Below are positions 48,296 through 57,139 of a DNA stretch of 57,139 nt, one piece after another. The notes beneath the pieces were generated by a model that did not search any database, was not told where the DNA came from, and was given only the letters and a program-made list of their open reading frames with translations. This stretch comes from Candidatus Doudnabacteria bacterium (GTDB lineage: Bacteria; Patescibacteriota; Doudnabacteria; UBA920). The stretch lies in NCBI GenBank assembly GCA_016218585.1, contig JACRDK010000022.1, forward strand, positions 1 to 57,139. The letters are read 5' to 3'. Position 1 is the first letter of the stretch, and each line of letters starts with the position of its first letter. The translations under genes and the position numbers were made by a program.

Positions 48296-48592
48296 ATGGC
48301 TAAAATAGTTATGGATTCAAAAATCCACCAGCAGGATAAAATGTATGGGACCACAACCATAGGAGCGCGCGGCCAGGTGGTTATTCCGGCTCAGGCCAGA
48401 AAAGATTTAAAACTTAAGCCGGGTGATCAATTTATAGTAATGGGTAAGTTTGGCAAAGTGGTGGCTTTAGTTAAAACAGACCAACTCTCCGAACTAATAG
48501 AAACAATTATGTCTAATATTAGCAATCCTTCATGGAAAAAAGGAATTAAAAAACATATGCAAGGAGTGCTAGGAAGCCAATTTATTAAATAA
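48296..48592 (+). CDS. AbrB/MazE/SpoVT-family DNA-binding protein
   Basis: 'TIGARGQVVIPAQARKDLKLKPGD'. Confidence 0.9.
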   Translation: MAKIVMDSKIHQQDKMYGTTTIGARGQVVIPAQARKDLKLKPGDQFIVMGKFGKVVALVKTDQLSELIETIMSNISNPSWKKGIKKHMQGVLGSQFIK

Positions 48593-48615
48593 ATTATTTA
48601 TAATTATAAACACGT

Positions 48616-50142
48616 ATGAACATTAGGGGATTTTTCACAAAAAAGAAAATAATTTGGACAGTAATAATTTTACTGGTCGTTTTGCCAATCGCGTATAATA
48701 TTTTAAAACCAAAAGACAACAGCGCCAACATTGTTACAGATGTTGTAAAAAAACAAGACATAAAATATACCGTTTTAGCTACCGGACAGGTTGTTTCCGA
48801 AACCGACTTGAACTTGAGTTTTAAAACCAGCGGCATTGTCCAGCAGGTTAGAGTTAAAGAAGGGGACAAGGTTAAAGCCGGACAAATTTTGGCCAGCTTG
48901 GATCAAAAGGACCAGTTAGCCAGCCTTACCTCCGCCCGCGGCGCGCTTTCTTCCGCCCAGGCCAACTACAATAAAGTTTTGTCCGGAGCCAGCAACGAAG
49001 AAATTTCCGTAGCTCAGGTGACTTTAGACAATGCCAAGAGCTCATTGGATAATACTATTAAGCAACAGCAAGTATTGGTAGACAGCGCTTATAAAGCTTT
49101 AATGAACTCAGGTCTTTCCGCTATTGCCGGTTCAGGCAATACCGGTTCGGTAACTTCTACTGTTTCCGGTACATATACCGGCAAAGACCAGGGCGTTTAC
49201 AAAATTTCTATTTATTCCACCGGAAATGGTTTGCGTTTTCAGGTTAATGGTTTAGAAACCGGCGATGGTTTGGTGGATGTAACTCCGCAGCCAATTGGCA
49301 CCAAGGGTTTGTTTATCCAATTTTCCTCCACCAGCGTGCCAACAAACAACTCTTGGACAATAACAATTCCAAATACTCAATCTTCTTCTTACGTTACGGC
49401 ATACAATGCTTATAACTCTGCTTTAGAAACTCAGAGAAGCGCCGTGTCTGCCGCTCAGAATGCTGTTTCTTCCGCTCAGGCATCTTTGGATTTGAAAAAA
49501 GCCCAAGCCCGCCCGGCAGACTTAGAAGCCGCCCAGGCGCAGATTTTAAGCGCGCAGGGACAAGTTTTGGCTGCTCAGTCGGCTTTCGATAATACTATGA
49601 TAAAAGCTCCGGCCGATGGCACCATTACTTCGGTAGACGTTAAAGTTGGCGAACTCGCCTCAGCTTTAAAAGAAGTAGTGATTTTACAGGATGTTGGCAA
49701 TTTGCACGTTGAAGCCAATATTAGCGAGGCCAACATTGCTTCTTTAAAGCCTGATCAATCGGTAGATATTACTTTGGATGCTTTGGGGCCGGACAGACAT
49801 TTTACCGGCAAGGTTCAAACTGTAAATCCGGGGGCAACTGTCGTCTCAGGCGTAGTAAACTATAAAGTTACCGCCAGTGTCGACAATATTCCCGAAGTAA
49901 AACCGGGGATGACAGCCAATATGACTGTTTTGGTAGCGGAAAAGAAAAATGTTTTGGCTATGCCGCTCCGCGGTATTATTTCCAAAGACGGAAAAAAATA
50001 TGTCCGCGTAATTACCGACAGCAAAAAGAAAACCTATAACGAAGTAGAAGTTACAACCGGCCTGGAAGCAGATGAAGGCTTGGTGGAAATCCTCTCCGGC
50101 TTAAATGACGGACAAGAAGTTGTGACATATATAAAACAATAA
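48616..50142 (+). CDS. MacA/HlyD-like membrane fusion (adaptor) protein
   Basis: TM; lipoyl halves 'VRVKEGDKVKAGQILASLD' and 'IKAPADGTIT'; 'VKPGMTANM'. Confidence 0.92.
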   Translation: MNIRGFFTKKKIIWTVIILLVVLPIAYNILKPKDNSANIVTDVVKKQDIKYTVLATGQVVSETDLNLSFKTSGIVQQVRVKEGDKVKAGQILASLDQKDQLASLTSARGALSSAQANYNKVLSGASNEEISVAQVTLDNAKSSLDNTIKQQQVLVDSAYKALMNSGLSAIAGSGNTGSVTSTVSGTYTGKDQGVYKISIYSTGNGLRFQVNGLETGDGLVDVTPQPIGTKGLFIQFSSTSVPTNNSWTITIPNTQSSSYVTAYNAYNSALETQRSAVSAAQNAVSSAQASLDLKKAQARPADLEAAQAQILSAQGQVLAAQSAFDNTMIKAPADGTITSVDVKVGELASALKEVVILQDVGNLHVEANISEANIASLKPDQSVDITLDALGPDRHFTGKVQTVNPGATVVSGVVNYKVTASVDNIPEVKPGMTANMTVLVAEKKNVLAMPLRGIISKDGKKYVRVITDSKKKTYNEVEVTTGLEADEGLVEILSGLNDGQEVVTYIKQ

Positions 50143-50144
50143 TT

Positions 50145-50236
50145 AACGCGGAAAAGCGCGGAATTTCACGCAGAAAGACGCAGAAATACTGCAGTCTTCC
50201 GCGTTAGTCCGCGTTAAATTCCGCATCATTCTGCGA
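50145..50236. repeat. CGCGGAA-family tandem-unit palindrome
   Basis: Four units, central ACTGCAGT, four inverted units ending 2 nt before ATG. Confidence 0.88.
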
Positions 50237-50238
50237 AT

Positions 50239-50955
50239 ATGAGTTTAATCAAAGTAGAAAATTTACAAAAAGATTATATAAATGAAGAAGTCGTGACTTC
50301 GGTTTTGCACGGCCTGACTTTTGCCATTGAGCAAGGAGAGTTTGTGGCAATTATGGGGCCGTCCGGCAGCGGTAAATCTACCTTAATGCACATATTAAGT
50401 TTTTTGGATCGCCCGACCGGGGGATTGTATGAGTTTAAGGGAAAAGATATTAAAGGATTTGACGACGATTATTTGGCGGCTTTGCGCAACGAAGAAATTG
50501 GTTTTGTTTTCCAATCTTTTAACCTGTTGTCGAGAACCTCGGTGCTTGATAACGTTAAGCTGCCTTTAATTTACAGCAAGAAAAAGAACCACGATGAGCT
50601 TGCAAAAAAAGCTTTGGACAGCGTTGGTCTTTCGCATCGTTTGAATTTTTTTACTAACCAAATTTCCGGTGGAGAAAAACAGCGCGTGGCAATTGCCCGG
50701 GCTTTGGTTAATGATCCGGCGGTTATTTTTGCGGACGAGCCGACGGGAAACTTAGACAGCAAGAGCGGTAATACCGTTATGCAAATTTTGCAAAAATTAA
50801 ATGACGACGGCAGAACAATTATTTTGGTGACCCACGAAATGGATACCGCCAACCATGCCAAGAGAATTATTCGCGTTAAAGACGGAAATATTATCGGCGA
50901 CGAAAAAGTGCTTAAGAGAACAATTGCTTCCCCGGATAAAGAACTGGTTAAATAA
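50239..50955 (+). CDS. MacB/LolD-type ABC ATP-binding protein
   Basis: Walker A GPSGSGKS, '[11 protein letters not shown]', '[15 protein letters not shown]', 'ADEPTGNLD'. Confidence 0.96.
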   Translation: MSLIKVENLQKDYINEEVVTSVLHGLTFAIEQGEFVAIMGPSGSGKSTLMHILSFLDRPTGGLYEFKGKDIKGFDDDYLAALRNEEIGFVFQSFNLLSRTSVLDNVKLPLIYSKKKNHDELAKKALDSVGLSHRLNFFTNQISGGEKQRVAIARALVNDPAVIFADEPTGNLDSKSGNTVMQILQKLNDDGRTIILVTHEMDTANHAKRIIRVKDGNIIGDEKVLKRTIASPDKELVK

Positions 50956-51029
50956 GAATTAAGAATCTGGAATTATGAATCAAGAATGGGCCCATTGCCT
51001 TAATTCTTAATTCATCATTCATAATTCTA
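50953..51029. repeat. AAGAAT(T/C)-family heptamer palindrome
   Basis: taagaattaagaatctggaattatgaatcaagaat / cttaattcttaattcatcattcataattct. Confidence 0.85.
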
Positions 51030-51032
51030 AAA

Positions 51033-52304
51033 ATGAATTTCATTTCTACCATCAAACTTGTTTTTAGAACGCTTCTGGCTAGAAAAGGCCGGTCGTTTTT
51101 GACAATTCTGGGTATTGTTATTGGCGTTGCCGGAGTAATTATAATAATTGCCCTTGGCGCCGGCGCGCAAAGCTTGGTGCTTGGGCAGGTTACCAAATTA
51201 GGAACTAATTTGCTTTCTGTCCAACCGGGCAAGAGCAATGAAAAAGGGCCGCCAGCCCAAATTTTTGGCATTGTTATTACCAGCTTAATCCAGGAAGACG
51301 CGGACGCCCTAAGGGATACCGCTCAAGTTCCTCATGCCACGGCTGTTGCTTCGGGTGTGCGCGGCGGCGGCACGGTTGTATGGCAGAGCAAGGAAGTAGA
51401 CACAAACTTTGTCGGCACCGATTATACCTATCCGGAAGTTGTTACTATAACCATGCAAGAGGGTCGCTTTATGAGCCAACAGGAAGAGCAGGGGAACGCC
51501 AATGTGGTTGTGTTAGGTTCAGCTGTTGCCGACGAATTGTTTACAGAGAGCGGCACCGACCCATTAGGCCAGGTTATTAAAGTTAAGAGCTCATCTCAGA
51601 CTGAGGCCGGCGGCATTCCTTTAAGAGTTATTGGCGTGGTCTCTCCGCGCGGCAGCGCTTTTTTCCAAAATCAGGACGACCAAATTTTTATTCCGTTAAC
51701 CATTGCTCAAAAGCAATTGTTGGGCATACACTACTTGCAGTCAATCAATGTTAAAGTTGACTCGGCGGATAATGTTGACCAGACAATTGCCGATGTAAAA
51801 GCAGTATTAATGCAGCGTCATCACATTAAAAAAGAAGTTGATACAGATTTTACCGTCCGCAATATTGCCGATGCGGTTAGCGCGCTTAATACAATTACCA
51901 ATGCTTTGCGCTTGTTTTTAACAGCTATGGCTGCCATTGCTTTGGTTGTCGGCGGTATTGGAATTTTAAATATTATGATGGTGACTGTGGCGGAGCGAAC
52001 CAGAGAAATTGGTTTGCGTAAAGCCGTGGGCGCTAACAATTCCGCGGTGCGAAATCAGTTTTTGCTGGAAGCCGGAACTCTTACTTCCGTCGGCGGGGTA
52101 ATTGGCATTATTTGTGGAATTATAGTTTCATATTTGGTTTCTTTATTAATGAAATATTTGGGTTACGATTGGGCCTTTGTTGTTTCTTTAACTTCCGTGG
52201 TCTTGGCGGTCGGTGTCTCAATTTTAACCGGAGTTATTTTTGGGCTGTATCCTGCTTTTAAAGCGTCAAAGCTTAATCCGATAGACGCGCTACGCTACGA
52301 ATAA
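51033..52304 (+). CDS. MacB/FtsX-type ABC permease
   Basis: 'RSFLTILGIVIGVAGV', 'VGGIGILNIMMVTVAERTREIGLRKAVGA', 'LNPIDALRYE'. Confidence 0.95.
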   Translation: MNFISTIKLVFRTLLARKGRSFLTILGIVIGVAGVIIIIALGAGAQSLVLGQVTKLGTNLLSVQPGKSNEKGPPAQIFGIVITSLIQEDADALRDTAQVPHATAVASGVRGGGTVVWQSKEVDTNFVGTDYTYPEVVTITMQEGRFMSQQEEQGNANVVVLGSAVADELFTESGTDPLGQVIKVKSSSQTEAGGIPLRVIGVVSPRGSAFFQNQDDQIFIPLTIAQKQLLGIHYLQSINVKVDSADNVDQTIADVKAVLMQRHHIKKEVDTDFTVRNIADAVSALNTITNALRLFLTAMAAIALVVGGIGILNIMMVTVAERTREIGLRKAVGANNSAVRNQFLLEAGTLTSVGGVIGIICGIIVSYLVSLLMKYLGYDWAFVVSLTSVVLAVGVSILTGVIFGLYPAFKASKLNPIDALRYE

Positions 52305-52316
52305 CGAAAAAAGCCG

Positions 52317-52385
52317 CAAGTTAATAAAGTTATCAAGTTCTTCGAGTCCTTATAACTTTACAAACTTGATAGACTTGATAACTTG
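52317..52385. repeat. TTATAAAG-family tandem-unit palindrome
   Basis: caagttaataaagttatcaag / cttataactttacaaacttgatagacttgataacttg. Confidence 0.8.
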
Positions 52386-52395
52386 AAAAACTACT

Positions 52396-53652
52396 ATGCT
52401 TAACGCATTCAAACAATCTACCAAAGCTTTATTTGCCAACCCGGCCAGGACCGGGCTGACAACCTTAGGCATTGTTATCGGTATTGCCACCGTAATTTTA
52501 GTGCTGTCTGCCGGGGAAGGTTTTAGAAGTTTAATTAACGCCCAGGTTCAGGCTTTTGGCACTAATACTTTATTTGTGGAAACTAAAGTTCCGCCTACCA
52601 CAAAAAATCGCGCTAACTCCAGCGCCGCTTCGGCGGATACCGGCCGCGCCGGCTCTGCTGTTGCCATTACCACTTTAAAAAATCGTGATTTGGAAGACAT
52701 AAAGCGTTTGCCAAATGTGGTAAATGATTATGGCGTTGTGGTTGGATTAAAAGTTGTAAGTTTTCAGGACGTAGCAAAGAGCATTATGTTTTATGGCGCT
52801 TCTCCTGAACGTTTTGATATTGATAAAGGAACTTTAAAATCAGGAAGGTTTTATACAACAGGGGAGAATCTTGGCGCGGCGCAGGTTGTGGTTTTGGGCA
52901 GCCAATTAGCGGAAGATTTATTTTTGCAAAACGATCCAATAGGCAAATATATTCGCGTCGGGGATTTAAACTTTGAAGTCATTGGTGTTTATAATTCCCG
53001 CGGCGGCCTTGGCGGCGACGAGGACAACGCTTTGTATATGCCGCTTAATACCGCTCAAAAGAAAATTTTAGGTATTGATTATTTGCTGTACTCGGTGGTA
53101 CAAATTGAAAACACCAAATTGGGAGATGCTACCTCGGAAGACATTAGAACTGTTCTTAGAAGAAATCACAATATTGATGATCCATTTAAAGATGATTTTT
53201 TGGTACAGACCCAGGCGCAAACTTTGGAAACTTTTAACACCATTTTTAATGGGATAACAATTTTGTTAATTGCCATTGCCGCAATTTCTTTAATTGTCGG
53301 CGGCGTTGGGATTATGAATATTATGTATGTGGTGGTGACCGAGAGAACTTCTGAAATCGGATTAAAAAAAGCTTTGGGCGCAACCGGCAGCGATATTTTA
53401 ACTGAATTTTTAATTGAGTCTGTGTTGGTTACAGTGATTGGCGGAATTTTTGGTATTTTGGCCGGAGCCGCTATGGGTTGGCTAATTTCAGTAATTGCCA
53501 CTGCCAGCGGTTTGGCTTGGACCTTCACCGTGCCCCTTTATGCAATAGGCATTGGATTTGGCGTTTCCGCCACCATTGGTATTCTGTTCGGCGTGTTGCC
53601 TGCCCGCCAGGCCTCAAAACTTGATCCAATACAAGCACTGCAATACGAGTAG
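52396..53652 (+). CDS. MacB/FtsX-type ABC permease (second)
   Basis: 'RTGLTTLGIVIGIATV', 'VGGVGIMNIMYVVVTERTSEIGLKKALGA', 'LDPIQALQYE'. Confidence 0.95.
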   Translation: MLNAFKQSTKALFANPARTGLTTLGIVIGIATVILVLSAGEGFRSLINAQVQAFGTNTLFVETKVPPTTKNRANSSAASADTGRAGSAVAITTLKNRDLEDIKRLPNVVNDYGVVVGLKVVSFQDVAKSIMFYGASPERFDIDKGTLKSGRFYTTGENLGAAQVVVLGSQLAEDLFLQNDPIGKYIRVGDLNFEVIGVYNSRGGLGGDEDNALYMPLNTAQKKILGIDYLLYSVVQIENTKLGDATSEDIRTVLRRNHNIDDPFKDDFLVQTQAQTLETFNTIFNGITILLIAIAAISLIVGGVGIMNIMYVVVTERTSEIGLKKALGATGSDILTEFLIESVLVTVIGGIFGILAGAAMGWLISVIATASGLAWTFTVPLYAIGIGFGVSATIGILFGVLPARQASKLDPIQALQYE

Positions 53653-53690
53653 CACTCTATTATATAAACATTTTAACATTCTATCATTCT

Positions 53691-53727
53691 AACAACAGGC
53701 CTGTCCTTAACGGACAGGCCTGTTGTT
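53691..53727. terminator. Terminator hairpin
   Basis: aacaacaggcctgtcc-ttaac-ggacaggcctgttgtt. Confidence 0.75.
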
Positions 53728-53793
53728 TATGGTATAATTAAGGCAGAAAATATTTGAGTATAAGAGTATTTTGATACATAAATAAAATCACCT

Positions 53794-56700
53794 ATGAATA
53801 GATTTAAACAAGGCTTAATTGTTTTTACAATCTTAACTTTAAGTCTAATTCAAACCTCTCAAGCTCTTACCTTGCAGGAAATTATTAGTGGCCAGCAGGG
53901 GCAGGTTTTGGGGGCGAGCACTCCTGTTAGAATTGGCTCAACCCAAACCTCAAGTTATGGAAAAACTTTAACTTTCACGGCTTCCGGCGGTGTTGCGCAA
54001 GGCCATACCATTGTGGTTTCGGTAGTTACGACTGGCATTGATCCAACCGCAAGCGGTTGGACTTCCTGTTCTGATTCAGCCGGCAATACTTATTCTCGCG
54101 ACGCTGCTGTTTTTAATGGCATTGGAGCGGTAATTTGTAGCGCATATGTTACAACTGCTCTGTCGGCAGGAGCAACTATAACAATAACTTTTTCCAGCAA
54201 TGATGGTTTGTCCGGAGCTGCTTATGATTTGAGCCCAACCATTTCAACAGGAAGAATCAATGTTACCGGAACTGCTAGCAATGGGTATGGCAGTGCTATG
54301 ACGGTGGCTGCTTCTACCGCTGTAACCTCAGCAAGTATTGTGCTTGGGGTTTTTGCAACCGGAGCAACTCAATCTTCTTTTACTAATTGCACTGGTTTAG
54401 ACGCAAATGTCGCAAATGGACAGGGTAGAAATTTAAATACCTGCTGGGCAGAAGCATCCAGCGGAACTCCCAGCTTAACCATGAATCTTGCTTCCGCAAC
54501 TTCAGGTGCTTCTTTGCTTGTTGGATATACGGAATCAGCAGGCACACCGCCGCCCGCCGACACAACCGCCCCCACAGTCCCAACTAATCTTTCAGCCACA
54601 GCTGTTTCTGCGTCTGGCATCAACCTTTCCTGGACCGCCTCAACAGACGCTGTTGGAGTAGCGGGATACAAAATTTATCGCAATGGTTCTTTACTAGCTA
54701 CTAGCAACTCACAACTCACAACTTTTAGCGACTCTGGTCTTTCTGCGTCAACAAATTATTCGTATACAGTAGCGGCATACGATGCAGCAGGAAATAATTC
54801 TTCCCAAAGTTCTTCAGCTTCTGCTACTACCCAGGCAGCAGCTGCTCCAGACACAACAGCGCCCACAGTCCCAACCGGCCTTTCCGCCACAGCCATATCA
54901 TCATCCGCTATAAATCTGTCCTGGACAGCCTCAACCGATGCTGTTGGAGTAGCAGGCTACAAAATATATAGAAATGGTTCTCTTCTAACAACTACAAACT
55001 CACAACTCACAACTTACTCCGACACCGGTCTTGCCGCCTCCACATCTTACAGCTACACCGTGGCTGCTTATGATGCTGCAGGAAATAACTCTTCCCAAAG
55101 TTCTTCTGCTTCTGCTACAACACAAGCTCAAGCTTCTGGTAATTGTTCAGCAGCAAATATTCGCTGTGTTGGCAGCGGCCAGGAATATACCACTATATCC
55201 GCAGCTGCTGCAGCTACGGTAGCAGGGGACACAGTCGTGGTTTATCCGGGGACGTATAATGAAAGCGTAACCATTAGCAGAAGCGGAAGCTCCGGAAATA
55301 AAATTACCTATCAAGGTTTTCTTCCCGGGTCTTCATGTCCAAGCACAACTTACTCCGATATTAACTCTCGCGGATTTAGGCCGGCGCCTACTGTTATTAT
55401 GAATGGCTTTACTGTTAGCGCCAGCTATATTCGAATAGATTGTTTTAATACCAACGGCAACGGGGTTTTAGACATTACTCAGCCAAATATTCACGACGTC
55501 GAGTCTGTAAATAATTACTCAGCGGCCGGAGCCGGTGGTTCCGTTGGCGTAAGTTTAAATGACCAATTAACATTGGCTACATCCGCGCAGAATATTTACG
55601 TTGGATATAATTTTATTAGCGGCGGAGGATATGGAGTCTTGCAAAAATGCCGAAACTGTAAATATGAGTATAATGAATTTTATCAAATGAATCCCGGTAG
55701 CAGCGGAGCGGATGGAGACTATGCCCGTATTTTTGGCAACGACATAACTTTCTATAAAAATTATATGCACGGCAACGACCGCAATCTTTGCGGCGGTACG
55801 GATTGCCATATTGACTGTTTTCAAACTTTTGCTTACACAGCGGACTTCCCAGCTTACAATATTACCATAGACAGCAATGTTTGCTTTAATGCCAGCGAGG
55901 GAGTAATAGCGACGAATGAATCAAAACTTTCGGTCTTTCATGATTGGACGATTAAAAACAATTTAATTGCTCATGCGCCATTAAATTATTATGGCGCGCA
56001 ATGTATGATTATTAGCGACATTACAAATGTTACTGTTATTAATAATACTTGTTCCGACGCGGGCGTTACAACTTATGCCAACACTACAACCGGGATTCAC
56101 AGGAATAATATTCATGAGCGGGTCGGGACATACTTGGCTTATAGGATGATTGGCGGGGCAAATGTTACCGCTGACCACAACTTACTTTACGACACTGGAT
56201 ATACTTACACCAGCAGCGGGGATGTTGTAAATAAGAGCCCGTTATTTGTTAACTCATCAATTGACGATTATCATTTGCAGTCTACCAGTCCAGCTGTAAA
56301 TGCCGGAGCCAATATCGGGCTGTCGGTTGATATTTCCGGCGCCTCCCGTCCCCAAGGAGCAGGTTATGATATTGGCGCTTATGAATATGCGTCTGGAGGT
56401 TCTAACCCTCCCCCAGATACCACCGCCCCCACCGTCCCAACCGGTCTTTCCGCCACAGCCATATCATCATCCGCTATAAATCTGTCTTGGACAGCTTCAA
56501 CAGACGCTGTCGGAGTAACCGGATACAAAATCTATCGTAATGGTTCTCTTTTAGCAACTAACAATTCTACCGCAACAACCTATTCCAACACAGGATTAAC
56601 ATCATCTACCAGTTATTCTTACACCGTAGCCGCCTTTGATGCTGCAGGTAATACCTCTGCTCAAAGCTCTTCCGCCTCTGCAACCACTCAAGCCCCGCCT

Positions 56701-57139
56701 CTAACTCCGGACGTAACCGCTCCAACTGTATCTTTAACCTCTCCATCTTCCGGCACGGTAAGCGGCAGTGTCACTGTCTCTGCCACAGCCTCAGACCCTA
56801 GCATAGGAGGGGCTATTACTTCCGGCCTGTCTTTGCTTACCATAACAATAGACGGTACTGTATATGCCACTTCTTCTTTGGGTAGTTTAAGTAAAACCTT
56901 AGACACCACCAGTCTGACTAACGCTAGTCATAGCATTGTAGCTACAGCTAAAGACAGTGCCGGTAACCAAGCTTCTTCTAACACAACAACTATTACCATA
57001 AACAACGCCCCGGCTGCTAAATATCCAAGACTAATAACCCTAACCTCACTAGAAGGACTGTCTGCCATCCCAAGCAATCAAAGCATAACAGTAACTATTC
57101 TCTCAGGAAGCACAGTCCTGGAAACCCAAACCCTAACCC
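53794..57139 (+). CDS. Large secreted surface protein, 3'-truncated (3 Fn3 repeats, right-handed beta-helix, Ig-like domain); absent from ORF track
   Basis: No stop seen from ATG 53794 (MNRFKQGL..signal..GQVLGAS) to window end; 'DTTAPTVPT.LSATA' x3; 'EYTTIS..AGDTVVVYPGTYNE'; 'DYHLQSTSPAVNAG..RPQGAGYDIGAYEY'; 'DVTAPTVSLTSP'. Confidence 0.88.
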   Translation, partial: MNRFKQGLIVFTILTLSLIQTSQALTLQEIISGQQGQVLGASTPVRIGSTQTSSYGKTLTFTASGGVAQGHTIVVSVVTTGIDPTASGWTSCSDSAGNTYSRDAAVFNGIGAVICSAYVTTALSAGATITITFSSNDGLSGAAYDLSPTISTGRINVTGTASNGYGSAMTVAASTAVTSASIVLGVFATGATQSSFTNCTGLDANVANGQGRNLNTCWAEASSGTPSLTMNLASATSGASLLVGYTESAGTPPPADTTAPTVPTNLSATAVSASGINLSWTASTDAVGVAGYKIYRNGSLLATSNSQLTTFSDSGLSASTNYSYTVAAYDAAGNNSSQSSSASATTQAAAAPDTTAPTVPTGLSATAISSSAINLSWTASTDAVGVAGYKIYRNGSLLTTTNSQLTTYSDTGLAASTSYSYTVAAYDAAGNNSSQSSSASATTQAQASGNCSAANIRCVGSGQEYTTISAAAAATVAGDTVVVYPGTYNESVTISRSGSSGNKITYQGFLPGSSCPSTTYSDINSRGFRPAPTVIMNGFTVSASYIRIDCFNTNGNGVLDITQPNIHDVESVNNYSAAGAGGSVGVSLNDQLTLATSAQNIYVGYNFISGGGYGVLQKCRNCKYEYNEFYQMNPGSSGADGDYARIFGNDITFYKNYMHGNDRNLCGGTDCHIDCFQTFAYTADFPAYNITIDSNVCFNASEGVIATNESKLSVFHDWTIKNNLIAHAPLNYYGAQCMIISDITNVTVINNTCSDAGVTTYANTTTGIHRNNIHERVGTYLAYRMIGGANVTADHNLLYDTGYTYTSSGDVVNKSPLFVNSSIDDYHLQSTSPAVNAGANIGLSVDISGASRPQGAGYDIGAYEYASGGSNPPPDTTAPTVPTGLSATAISSSAINLSWTASTDAVGVTGYKIYRNGSLLATNNSTATTYSNTGLTSSTSYSYTVAAFDAAGNTSAQSSSASATTQAPPLTPDVTAPTVSLTSPSSGTVSGSVTVSATASDPSIGGAITSGLSLLTITIDGTVYATSSLGSLSKTLDTTSLTNASHSIVATAKDSAGNQASSNTTTITINNAPAAKYPRLITLTSLEGLSAIPSNQSITVTILSGSTVLETQTLT

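Noticed and set aside
48296-48592. AbrB/MazE gene as an antitoxin of a toxin-antitoxin pair
   Set aside because: No adjacent toxin; it heads a transporter operon.
983-56909. Many antisense or overlapping ORFs in the track (e.g. 4743-5249, 14266-14844, 19369-19977, 31999-32667, 54369-54671)
   Set aside because: They are shadows of well-supported genes on the other strand or frame, with no independent signals.
1-57139. Alternative genetic code (UGA=Gly) as in Gracilibacteria/Absconditabacteria
   Set aside because: Conserved genes are full length under the standard code with no in-frame TGA.

Overview
Chromosomal window from a Patescibacteria (CPR) genome, probably Ca. Doudnabacteria-like Parcubacteria. 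This is inferred from the gene content, GxVLGA surface proteins, several type IV pilins and mostly SD-less housekeeping genes; the standard genetic code applies. The backbone is housekeeping: ychF/rpsF-ssb-rpsR-efp, phosphomannomutase, trpS, rnj, tRNA-Leu, secG, uvrC/uvrA, rpsP-khpA-trmD-rluD-rplS, sod, rny-ymdB, yraN-nusA-clpP, hrcA-grpE-dnaK-dnaJ, tRNA-Lys, a MacAB-type ABC exporter and two large surface proteins cut by the window ends. No CRISPR array, transposase, integrase or prophage is visible. The gene list leaves three layers unexplained. (1) About eight families of 70-100 bp palindromes built from short tandem units sit at most operon junctions just upstream of start codons. The same units occur as in-frame insertions in conserved proteins (UvrC, ManB, TrmD, GrpE, DnaK, NusA, a methyltransferase), and a 21-nt mini-palindrome is inserted precisely inside other palindromes. 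(2) About a dozen self-contained orphan gene cassettes (own promoter, strong AGGAGG, own terminator) interrupt conserved synteny. (3) Several unannotated structured RNA candidates are present, including a 6S-like RNA upstream of rny. All calls come from reading the sequence by eye; no searches were run.
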